DNA from: Bugula neritina
Lineage: Eukaryota > Animalia > Bryozoa
Direction: 5' to 3'
Assembly (NCBI GenBank): GCA_964035545.1
Contig: OZ037768.1
Span: 10,944,741-11,008,740, forward strand
Length of the DNA: 64,000 nt
The translations under genes were made by a program, and so were the position numbers. The notes beneath the pieces were generated by a model. The model ran no database searches and was not told the DNA's origin. It saw nothing but the letters and a program-made list of their open reading frames with translations. Shown here in pieces: positions 1 to 12,300 of the stretch (position 1 is the first letter of the stretch; each line of letters begins with the position of its first letter).

Positions 1-1328
1 ACCATGTAATCAGTCCATTTATCAGCTGACACCATGCTGACTGCAATGTCTCCATATCTGAGTTCTGTTGACGTATCATCCAGCCAATTCTGGTCACACC
101 TGTGCTAAATGCAAGCGAAATACTGTAAATGTCTTCGCTGTGACAATTAATTTCATTGCATCTCAAGCTTTTACTATGTGAAAAAATAAATGTGCACCAT
201 AGAGTTATTGAAATGGTAGAAAATGCTATTTTTAGATTATAAAGTCTGTAGAAGTGTCTTTTCAAAGCCAAATAGCGATTTGTTGGCATGACTCACCTTT
301 CTCTCCTCGACCACGGTGGTTACCATAACAACTGAACTTGTCTTTTGCTGCCAAATCATGAGCCAAAAGTCATTAATTGTAGCCGCTGTCGGCCCTGTCA
401 TAGCAAGTGTTAGTTTTGTTATAGACTTGAAAGCTCATATTCATTGGAATATATTTAAAAGTTTATGTTACCAAGTTTTGTAACAAATTTCATTACAATC
501 GCAGGATTCAATTAATCAATTATTCCCAATAGCTCACTATCTTCCTATCAACACAAAATGGTGATGCAATGAACTTAGGACTGCCAGGAGCATACCCCTG
601 TAAAAGGCAAAACAGACTTGAAATTAAAGTTTTTTCAGAATTATCAGAGTGCAAAAAAATACGTTTGTTATTCCCACTTGCTTGATAAATTTTAAAAGAA
701 TGGCGTCATTTTAAAACACCCACAATTCTAGATAATTCTAATGTACAGCTGCAGCTGATTAGATGAGGTGAGTAATTAGAGTTTCTAATCTCACTTGTAC
801 TGTGTTAGACAAGTTGACCCCAATTTGTTGATGATGTCACCAACGGCAGCCAATCATAGTGCTCCAAAATATGTCTCACAAATCATTTTGTTGATAGACA
901 ACATGATTTGTGTGATACGTTGTTAGGATCTTGAACAAAATTGAGAGTAGAAATAAAAAGTAGTTATTGCAAAAAATCATTTACCAAGGTAATTAATGGC
1001 TAATTTACTTGGAGTTATTCTCTCACCGATATGTAGGAGGCATTAATAAAGTCTGATTATTCTTCCGTCTCTCTTTCGAGTATAACTGGGAGGTCATCAA
1101 CTTAATTAAAAACAAATTTAATCTCCAAATGATGGTATTAAAAAATTTACAGAAACTGTTGGTAGCCGTAAAGAGTTTCACAAATAAAAAGAACTTTATC
1201 ACGCTGGTCCACAGAAGATGGTTGTTGGCAATTCACCAACCAGGATAGAGGCCCTCATATCGGCACTTTCTTTTGTTTTTTGGGAGGACAGCAGCTTCTA
1301 TGATGGGTTTTGGCAGCTCGGCAAGTGA
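1..1328 (-). pseudogene. Degenerate classical protein tyrosine phosphatase catalytic-domain exons (continue beyond the left window edge)
   Basis: Minus-strand exons give SLAELPKPIIEAAVLPKNKRKCRYEGLYP (~1241-1328; KNRY-like), VDDLPVILERETEE*SDFINASYIS (~1027-1100; DYINAS), GYAPGSPKFIAS (~536-597), GPTAATINDFWLMIWQQKTSSVVMVTTVVEERK (~297-394) and HRCDQNWLDD..YGDIAV (~1-105). There is an in-frame TAA at 1059-1057 and no phase-compatible donor after the FIAS exon. Confidence 0.8.
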
Positions 1329-2030
1329 CTAGTGAAACACACAACAAACTATTAACTGTTACTATACTTACCAACTTTGAAGCTATATTGTTTTGTAGCA
1401 AAAAACTCTTTTGATAACAAAATACAAACAAAACTAGTCAATTAAAAATATAATGCCAGTGCCAAAAATAATACAAATACCTTTTTTAATATATTACAAC
1501 AGTTATTTCTATAGCATTGTCCATATCTAATCTTTTTAAAGTGTGAAAAGAATTTTCCATCTACTATAGTTGGTAAAAACTTAACTGACAATTAAAACTC
1601 ATTTACAGCTAGAAGCTTGCTGCACAGACATTGAATTTGAAGCAGCGAATATGCTGGCATATTTAGTCTCAAGAAAGTGTAGGCTGTAGCCAAGTTGTTA
1701 TTATTTGTCTCCTTGCAGTAGAGCTGCAAGCCTTTTATATTTACTCTAGGTATAGAGAGTTGATAACTCCACAATATGACATAAAATAACATATACAATA
1801 AACAGGGATAACTCCCAAAGCCATGTTTTGTAAAATATTCCAGTTCATTCAAGAGTCTCAAATATCATCTCAAAAATACAAAAGACGATTTCATAACAAC
1901 AGATTGAATGCTAAATTTACACAAAAAGCTAATAAGCTAAAGCTGAAAAAAGATTTAAGCATGCCTATAAAATCTTGCCTTCTAAATTAGTAATCCTATA
2001 ACCATTGAATCACTAGGGCGATTTTGAAGA

Positions 2031-2148
<118 letters not shown>

Positions 2149-2660
2149 GTCAATTCCTATTAACGTATATGAGCCCTTGGAGTAAATTTTTCATGAGTAG
2201 ATGATTCCTAAAAAACCAGTAAAACTTCGGTTGAATCAATTATATTCTATAAAATTAATTTTATTGTGTGATCTACATTTCACAAATAGTATATAATAAA
2301 GTAGTCAAAATATTATACATAATTATTGAAAGCAAATTAGGAAGTTGTATAATTGAAATTATAATTTTGCAAATGGCTAATTTCTACTAAGACAAATTAA
2401 TTTGTTCAACTAATAAACTGGTTTGTTAGTAAGAATTACCATGCAACAACATTATATATGTAAGAGAGAATATCACAATGTTATAATACATGTGATTATT
2501 ACTCCTTTACGTTATTATGCAATGTATAGTATAGCATTAAAATATATACAATGTAGTTTTGATTATATATACAAAGAGTACTCTAACACACAATATATTC
2601 ATTGTTTAAGTTTAGGCACTTACAATATCATTAGTGATAAATGTTCAGATATCAATATTA

Positions 2661-2943
2661 TATTATACCTATGTGTATGTGTGTGTATGTGTGTGTATGT
2701 GTGTGTGTGTATGTGTGTGTATGTGTGTGTGTGTATGTGTGTGTATGTGTGTGTGTATGTGTGTATGTGTGTGTATGTGTGTGTATGTGTGTATGTGTGT
2801 GTATGTGTGTGTGTATGTGTGTGTATGTGTGTGTGTATGTGTGTATGTGTGTGTATGTGTGTGTATGTGTGTGTATGTGTGTATGTGTGTGTATGTGTAT
2901 GTGTGTATGTGTGTATGTGTATGTGTATGTGTGTATGTGTGTA

Positions 2944-2984
<41 letters not shown>

Positions 2985-3183
2985 GTGTGTGTATGTGTGT
3001 ATGTGTGTATGTGTGTGTATGTGTGTATGTGTGTGCGTATGTGTGTGCGTATGTGTGTGCGTATGTGTGTGTATGTGTGTGTATGTGTGTATGTGTGTGC
3101 GTGTGTGTGCGTGTGTGTGCGTGTGTGTGCCTGTGTGTGTGTGTGCGTGTGTGTGCCTGTGTGTGCGTGTGTGTGTGTGTGTA
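2661..3183. repeat. (TG)n/(TATGTG)n compound microsatellite
   Basis: Read directly; it explains the spurious VC- and HT-rich ORFs. Confidence 0.98.
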
Positions 3184-3375
3184 TAATGTGATGATAGCAA
3201 TAATTGTACTTATATTATGCTTATTTGATTAATATTCAAATGCACATTTTAACTGACTATAATTTGAAAGTAGAGTTAAAAACAAAAGCTGTTACTAATT
3301 TAGCTGATTAAAACAATTCTTTTCCAAAGTGAAAAGCAAAAAGTGTAAAAGTCTTGAAATATTATATATATTTAT

Positions 3376-6300
3376 TTATGTAGAGCAAGACGTAGGGTTG
3401 CTAAAAGTAAAATGTGGAGTTGGTACAGGGGCACTCGTGAGAAAGTTTCCAGTCTCAGAGTTTTCCTCTTTCTGCAAGCCGTAATTTTGTGATTTTAACT
3501 CTTCAAAATATACTTCTGGTGGCTCAACTTCTTCACTAGTGTTTTTGGAATCGTCATTTGATGCTGCACCTGCAACATTCTCTTGTGACGTCTTCGGCTC
3601 ACTTGTATATTCCTTAAGTGGCTCTATTTTTGTGTAACCGTCTGCAGCACTCTCTGATATTGGACACAAGAGACATGTTACAATTATTTTACTGTAAAGC
3701 TGAAGCATTTACAAAAAAAAGTTATTGAGCATTACAATTTGCTTTGAGTTTCAGTTATGCTGTTGATAATGAAGTAGTCCCAGTAAAAATAAATGTTTGT
3801 TGAAAGATTATTGAGTAAAGAATTACCTGGTCGAATATTGCAGGAAAGATTGTTGTAGGGCAAACTCTGACTGCAGTCGTTAAAACGGCCATAATGGTAA
3901 GACGGTATGTGAGAAGCTCTGCACCCAGATTCGGGCTGCACGCAGACTACAGCTGGTGTTGAAGTGCAGTCTTCTGCAGTTGGTAGGTTCTGCATTTGTG
4001 TTTCAGCTATGTTGTCTGCACTGAAGGCTAGATGAACAAGAGACATGTTGTCTTGATAAAAATGTAGGTCTAATATACAGCATCACTAAAGTCATTTGTT
4101 TCATGAAGCTTCAGGTACTGCATTTAATTTTAGATTATCACATTTTGTAACAATTACTTGATAGGCATTTTAAGTTATACAGTAACAAATTAAACAACAT
4201 AATAAATAAAAGTTGGCAAATTGTACCTGAGTTTTCATTTCCGAGTTCATTAGCTTCTGTGCCAGAAATTAAAGTGCTTTGGGTAGAAACTTCATCTGCA
4301 AAAAATATTGAAACTAGTGAACTTCTGAATGCGAAAATTATGATAGCATAAATGCAGGTATGTATGTGTTGTCACTGTACAGTAGTAGTAACATTAGCAG
4401 TAGCAGTAGCATTAGCAGTAGCAGTAGCATCAGCATTAGCATTAGCAGTAGCAGTAGCAGTAGCAGTAGTAGTAACAGTAGCATCAGTAGCAGTAGTAGT
4501 AACAGTAGCATCAGTAGCAGTAGTAGCAACAGTAGCAGTAGCAGTGGCAGTAGCAGTAGCATCAGCATTAGCAGTAGCAGTAACAGTAGCATCAGTAGCA
4601 GTAGCAGTAGTAGTAACAGTAGCATCAGTAGCAGTAGCAGTAGTAGTAACAGTAGCAGTAGCAGTAGCAGTAGTAGGCTGGTTTACATGAAAGAAACTGC
4701 TAAGTTTGTTACCTTCTTTTGGCCCATTTGTTTGCAAAAACATTTCCATTCTTCTCTCAGTCGTTTTATCTGCAATGTATAATTTATTTTGTGTTATAAC
4801 ATTTCTTATTGAACAAATTTCTAGATTGCCAGTCGCAATCAATTTTTATTTAGTGGTTAGTTGCATGCGCTTATGGAAGGGAAAATTTAAAACCATTACT
4901 GTATAAACATATGCAATTAACTAAAATTATTGCTGTTGTATTATAATTTAAAATATTCGCACCAGATTTCTTCAGACGTTGTCTGAGCACCACTGCAAGT
5001 AAAATCCCAGTCACGATAACGAATAGGGACAGCGGAACTCCAAGGGCGACAAGAAACAAATTTTTTTCAGGTTCATCAGTAAGAATTTCAGGAGGCGACG
5101 TACTGGAAGTACAACCAAATGAACAGGTGTTGTGTCCACAATGCATACCATCAAATTGATATATCTCCTCCACTCCTTTACGGAATTTGAAGTTCAGTGT
5201 GACTGAAGTAACGGTATCAAGCTCGGAGTGATTATAGCTAGAAATGAATTGGGCTATTTTTTCATACTTTACATCGTTGCTGTTTGTTGTGTGTTTGGGT
5301 TGAATGATGAACAAATCATGTCCATGTCTTCCATCATAGTTTGAGTTAAAAGGCTCTACACTAAGAACACCCGGTTCCAGACTGTCTTCTGCATCTGAGT
5401 TAGGCAGCTTCACATTTTTAATGTGATTCTTAAGCAGCTGAGATAAATCCTCACTTCTGTTGTATAGCAGTGGACAAGTGTAGTTACCCTTGCAGATCTC
5501 AAGTGCATATGAGTGAAATCCATAGACAAACGCGTATAAGGCCTGTATTGCTAAAACTGCGTAATGTTCAGCCTTGTATACACCATATGGAGAATAGCCT
5601 TCAGATTCTAAGCATGGCACATTGTAGGGAGTGACATAGAAGCCTCTAATCTTGCACTGTCTTTTTTCCTGATACATCCTGGTAAACCACAGATTGTCAA
5701 GAAACTTTCCTTTGGCTCTAAGACCCTGCAGATGCTCGATAAATCTAGGCACCTGCGAAAAACACACAGCAATATATCTGACGCTGTTTCAACCAGTAGT
5801 TATGATTTAGAGATTCCCACTCACAAGAAGTTGTTCAATGAAGTATACTTCGAAAGACAAAGGCATTTACTGCGGTGTTGATTATCATAATTTAAATTTA
5901 GTAATAATGCAAAGGCTAAGAAAAGCCTTTTAACATCGCCACCATGATGCTAACATACAATGCCTATTTAGTAAACATAGTCCGAAGTTTAATAATCTGC
6001 CAAATAGGGACAAAAGCCCGACACAAAGTTTAGAGCTCAAAAAGGGTTACTTGAAGAGGAAGTGTCATGCTGGAAACAAATGAGCCTCTAAGCAGATCTC
6101 CGTATTTTTCCTTGATGGCCGGAGACTCATCAAACACTTCGAGTATGAGAAGAGTGTTTCCGCTGTGTATCCACCAATCTCGCCAATATCTCTGGTCTCC
6201 AAATTTAAGCCTGTCTAGCAAGTTTTCCAACGTCTACAAACATTTGTAACAACTAACAGAGTTTACTAAGATTTACAAGGTACCTTTTTAATACAAGTTA

Positions 6301-9300
6301 ATATAAAAATTATTATCTGTGTTTGGAAAAATTATGTTGCTTTCTAAAACAGAATGGTGTAACTTGAACGGACCTTTTCTTCACCGATGAATATCACAAA
6401 GTAACTGCCACTCCCAAGATTTGACATGTTATGCCATAGGTTATCGTAAGCCACTGTGTCATTCTTGCTGTAGTCTAATTCATACTCTTTTAGGAGACAA
6501 AGGTCATGTTGCTTCAATGACTTTAGTTCTTGTTTGATATTCTAAAATGCGTAGAAAGCAGCAATAGGACATTTTAGATTTATACTGCTTATACCTAAAA
6601 CTTGTAGTGTTGAGTTACTTAGTGACCCCTGTGATGTAATGGTTAGGGCACCAGCTTGCAAGTTGGACGTCTGCGGCTCGAACCGCAGACTTCTGACTTA
6701 CAAACTGGTGGGCTAACCATTACACCAAAGAGGCTACTGGGTAGTATCAACTGTACAACACTGAATTTATAGAAATAGCCAACTTTAAATTATCTGTTCT
6801 TACTAAAATGAAATCCCTTCAGTGTGTGAAATCAACATAAAATTAAAAGTTTTAAGCTTTTTCTGGTCATAAACTTCAAGTCCAATTGCTTACTTTTGCC
6901 CCATTGGCTCCATACTCAGAGTTGGTAGAGATTAAAACATATGAGTTAATTTTAGCTTTGCCGGAATCTTCCAGGAACTGAACAAACTGATGCACATTCT
7001 TAGCTAGTTTGCTGAAAGAAGGCTGGACTCTCAGAAAGTGGGTGTTCATGTTAACTTTGTCATCCAGTTTTGAAGTTGAAGCCCCATACGAAACTTGGAT
7101 CAGGTGAGCTGGCATCAACAATGGCTGCATCTGCAGAGTAAAATATTATATGTTTATTCATTATATCCTCAACTCCAGCATCCATAGTAACTAAATACAT
7201 ATATAGCAAAAATAAACACCATTCAACAGTGGTTTAGAGCTGCACTAATATGTAAAACATGCTATTGAATCTTACAAATCTTACAAACCTTTGATATGCT
7301 CACCTGATAAGTGGTGTGACTGGAGTAATCTCCCACTAACCCCACAACCTTAGAACGGTCTAAACAATCTCCATATTTATTACAATAGTCTCTTGTGCCG
7401 TATAGAATATCAATCAGTGTTTTCTGGGCAAGAGCTGAGTTGAAGCAAGTGTCAAATATGAGTAATCCAATGTTCAAACCTTTGTCACCAAAGATTTCAT
7501 TGAGTCGTTTTCGAGCAAAAATGACTGCTTCAGATCTCAATGTATTTGTCCCTTCCTTATCAAAATCTACGCAAGTCAAAAGGTCAGGATAGTCGTTATG
7601 CCTACAAAATTGTCATTTTAAAGTGCAGTTTATATTGTATGTATAGATATGCTAGCAGCATTAAAATACGTCAATTTTCTTGTTACACTAAAGTATTATA
7701 TACTCCTTTCTAAATTAATATAAATCAACACTAAAAATAAAATTTATAAGCTGAATCCAACTATGTTAAATTCATGCTTGCATGTTATACATATGGCGGG
7801 TAAAAATATAGAGATCTGAAATTGTATGCACGAAATTTATGGCTAATCGATACTTGAGGACTTGTGTAAAGTGTGTTAGTTGCTAAGATACAATAGAAAA
7901 CTAATTTAAACCACTTTGAAATTATATAGGATTGTAATTGTGATGTAGGACTAACCTGTCAAAGATTGGCACAGTGACAATAAGAATATAATCTCCAGGT
8001 AGATAAACGTAATTTCTTTTATTGATCTGTTTAGCACACATTGCCCTGCAGTGTACATCAGTGCACCAAGATCCAGGGTTGCTATTGGACGTAGCATTGA
8101 AGTCCCACCCACCAGAAGCTGTGTAGAGGGACTACAAATATATTATAGTATTTTATACTTTATTTGCAATTGAATTTTTGCTGTTATTATGTTATCATGA
8201 TAGTTTTAAGCTGGTAAAGTTTGCTTTTTTCCAGCATCTGTTTCTTCAAGCTTATAGTTTGTGGTTATATGCAGATGATACAGTTGGTTAATATAAAATG
8301 CAGATACATTCAGTTCTAAGGATAGCAATTGTTTCTTAGCACAAGTACTAAGTCCACCAACCTGAAGACTCTGAGAGACGTAGAATATTGAAGGTTCAGG
8401 CAATAGAGCTGTAGGTGTGGCATTGTAAGCCTCTCGATAACTAGAAGTATTTTGAGGATACTGAGCTTTCATCAACTTTAAACTATTGAGTACACTCAGC
8501 TGTAGGTCACTACATCTTCTGATGTCATTTCCGCATTGCGTTTTTAGAATCTCCCCTACAGTTTCACTTTGCAATTGAAGAACAGACTCCAGTTTGCTGA
8601 CGTGAGGGGTTTGTGAGTCATTGTTGTGTCTCACAACGTAAACTTTATCTTTCTGGTAATTTGCTTCGATAGAATTGTCAGCTTGTGTGGATATTATCCA
8701 GTGCATGCTCTCATCATCATTGTTCAACAAGTTTACTAAAACAAACATAAACTGTATTATAATAAAAATTTGTAATTTACTATATAAATTTGTGCAGCTA
8801 CATTTGTTTTATGTTCATGGTTGACTACGTAAAAACAAATAAATATAATACATATTTCATTTATACACAAAGCACCCAATGTATTAAAATTTAGTAAAAT
8901 AAAACAACATACTTGTTTAAATTTGAATTAATCTGAGTTTTAAAAACTTTAATAATAATTCTGTATTATGGAAAAATAAGAAATGTTTTATAAAATCAGT
9001 ATAGTATGAAAGAAAACTAAAACTCACTGGTAGTTGTTTTTGCCATTGAGACAAATATTGTGGCTCTAGTTTTGTCCTTCTTGATGATTTTATCAACCGT
9101 GCCAGTTTCGTCATCACCGGATATTTCAATATATTCCTCCACACAGACGAACTGGTCTCTTAGTTCCTTTTCTAGCAAATTCTTCAGTTCTTTACTTGTT
9201 GAGTCTAAAGTGTGAGCTACTGAGACGTAGTCAAAGTTCAGTTTAACTGCCAGCTCTGCTATAGCCTTTGGAAAAAATTGACAACTTATTAAGCATTTAG

Positions 9301-12300
9301 CATGATTAGAGTGAATAAATTTTAAATTTAGAACTAAAAAAGTATGTTAAGTTATTCGTGCTTCTTTAGCACAGATATTGCTGTTGCTGCATTAATTTTA
9401 AGATGCAAGCTTCCAATTATATCTATTTAAAAATAGAATGAAATTTTAAAATCTCGGTTTGAATGATGGGCAGTAAGAAAATCTTTTATATTTATATTTT
9501 AATTTGTTTAAAGAAAGTTGAGTTTAAAAAATATATTTTCATTCAGCTAAATGCTGACTAACCTAGTATAATTCTAACTAAGTGTATATAAGTAAGTATA
9601 AGTATAAGTAAGTGTATAAATATAAATAAGTGTAGACATACCTTTGCACGCTGACTTAGTTGAACACTGCCATCAAACACATTAGATGGTAAGGCAGCAG
9701 GCAGATTCATCTCCCCCAAGAAAATTATTGGCACTGAAACATCTGGCCAGAGATTTTTCATGTCTTCATAAACAGTCTTTGTGAAACTAATGACTCCTGT
9801 GAATGAGAAATATTGACTTAGCACTCTTGCGTTAACTAATCAAAATAGAAGGGTGGGGTACTGCAAATTCTTGTCTCCCATCTTTATAAGAGTGATTTGA
9901 TTGTAAGATATTGCACATGCAGCAATTTATATTCTAGTTAAGTTTTTTCCTAATTATATTGAAGCCATACTAGAATAACTAGATAGTAGCATTTCTTGAA
10001 CAGCTTTATCTAGCTGCATTGTGTGCTAAATTAAGTTAGTGACTGTTACGCATTGTTTTTATAAATGAATTTCAACTTTGTATGCAATCTTAGAAAAGAA
10101 ATAAAATTAAAACTTTGAATAAAAAGTGTATAAAAGTGTGCATTTGTTTTATATTTACTTTTTTAAAGAGGGCAACTAATTTTGTAGAAAGAAATTATGA
10201 AAGTTTTGTTTGAGGATCAGCTTGTGGCTATGTGAAGACAACTTACAATTATAGCACTGTATTTAAATTTAACAAGCCACTGCAATGAGGCAAAAAACTT
10301 AATATACTTGGTATGTATGGGAGACAAATTAGATGTATCATATATACATTGTATGTCTATAAAACTAACACAATTCACTATTCTATATTACTATAACCGG
10401 ATTAATTGAATTTGATGCAATAAAACTACCAAATATTTTTTAATAAAGCTAATATTTTTACAGATTATTCAACTATAGTTTAAAGCGAATTCAAAGTTTC
10501 CTGAATGTACTATGTACTGTTTTAATATTTAAATATTCTTGTAAGTGCAATGGAAGGAATTCTTGTTTAATAGTCTAAAGTAAATAATTAAATAAAGTAT
10601 ATAGAAATAATACATACAGCATATATTAGATCATTGTTGAAAGCTTATTATAATAATATAGAAGCGATAAAGCAATAAATAGCATATATAATAATACATT
10701 ATTGGAATTTTAACAAACACACAATAACTATTAAAGTGCTGTTGAAGTTTAATGTAATACTATACAATACATACTAGATATAATAATAAATACATATTAT
10801 ATAAGACATAAACACACAATACCTATTAAAGTGCTGTTGAAGTTTGCTGACTGACTAATGCTGTCTCCAGGACACACCTGGGAGTTGACGGAATACCTTG
10901 AAATCTCTGCTGCCACGTGTAACCTGGTAATACTATTGCCATCATAGTCAGGTATATACTCCACTCCTGCAGGTAGAAATATGATGTTGTTAGCACTTGG
11001 TACAGTATAGATATGTGATAGTAAACATACACTGTAGTGTTGAGTTTATCCAGTGGCCCAAGTGGTGTAGTGGTTAGTGCACCTGCTTGCCAGCTGGAGG
11101 TCTTAGGTTTGAATCCCAGTACGTGGGGGCAAACATTTTATAGATACACACATTTAGTGGAATACTTTTCAAAGTCAAAAATTACTTTTAATGACGCTAG
11201 AAGTTTCTAGACTTGGTAGATAACTTTAATCAATCATTATAAATGTGTGAGTAGAAAAACAAAATTAACAGGCCAAACCACAAATCCGCAATAAAACTGA
11301 AAAATATTAATCATCCTGTAATTGAAGTTTAAGCTGATTATACTAGCTGCAGGAAGTAAAATATTTTTAACAAGAATTTAAAGAAATATTTCACTGTTTC
11401 TCTAGTATTTTGCATTTTTGTGTGTAGGGTCACTCAAATGTATGTTTGTTTAATAAATAGTATTTGCCATTTTCTAATTTATAGCTGCCAGTTTTAAAAG
11501 TCAGTTTTACAAACAAACAAACTAAAAATTATGCCTGGTAACTACTACCCACTTTTTAATATTTGTAGATATGAAAATGCTTTGTCATGACCTAACTCAT
11601 CGTAGCAATACTGACGAGACAATGTTTTTATTGATGTAAGGTGAACACAGGATAAGCAAATGTTAATATGGACTATGAAATGCAGTGTTGTTTCTCTTCA
11701 GCCTCTTCCAAGTTCTTTTTGGAGATAAAATAGTGAAATGAGTACAAAACTTTATATATAAAACAAACAAAAGAACATAGAAAACGATTCAAGTTATTGA
11801 TTCTGTTAAAGCTAGAAGAAAGTAGTCAAATGCAGAAATTACTGTCAAGTGGAGACAATAACTACAGTAACTCAGTTAGTCACTACATTTTCTGTCATCC
11901 ACACTGTTTTTATATAGAAGCTGTTTATGAAAATCATTTTTTAAGTTTTCATTAAGCATTTAAATTGACTCACCAATTTTAGTAGCATTGGGCTTGGTAT
12001 TTAGTTGCTGGACAATGTTGTTAGTGTGTATCTCCATCTCAGTCTGTCCAGTAACGCATTCAGAACTGCTGACTCCAATCACCATAAAGTGCATCTGGAT
12101 ATCTGAATATACATCAATTTTAACCGTACACCAAGCTTACATATGTGCATGTATAGATAACTTCTGTTATACTATTGAAGTGTATTTCCAACACTTAATT
12201 TATAATACTCCATTATAAGGCATGTATTATAGCAACTGGAATTGTGCAATTAGTAACATTTCTAATACATAGATTTTAACTGTACACTAAGCTTACTAGT

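Noticed and set aside
2423-3232. Long Val/Cys-rich and His/Thr-rich ORFs
   Set aside because: They are translations of a TG microsatellite that is open in several frames.
4338-4842. Poly-Leu, poly-Ser and Thr-Ala (antifreeze- or mucin-like) ORFs
   Set aside because: They come from an intronic trinucleotide repeat, and the flanking exons splice in phase without it.
4871-7600. Metabotropic glutamate receptor call
   Set aside because: There is only one TM helix, no full nine-cysteine domain and no 7TM exons before the stop.
11053-11128. Functional tRNA-Gly(GCC) gene
   Set aside because: The stems are mismatched, the T-loop is altered, and the flank is shared with the repeat at 6603, so it is SINE-like.
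11605-11645. CTGACGA hammerhead-like start
   Set aside because: There is no GAAA box after the putative stem II.
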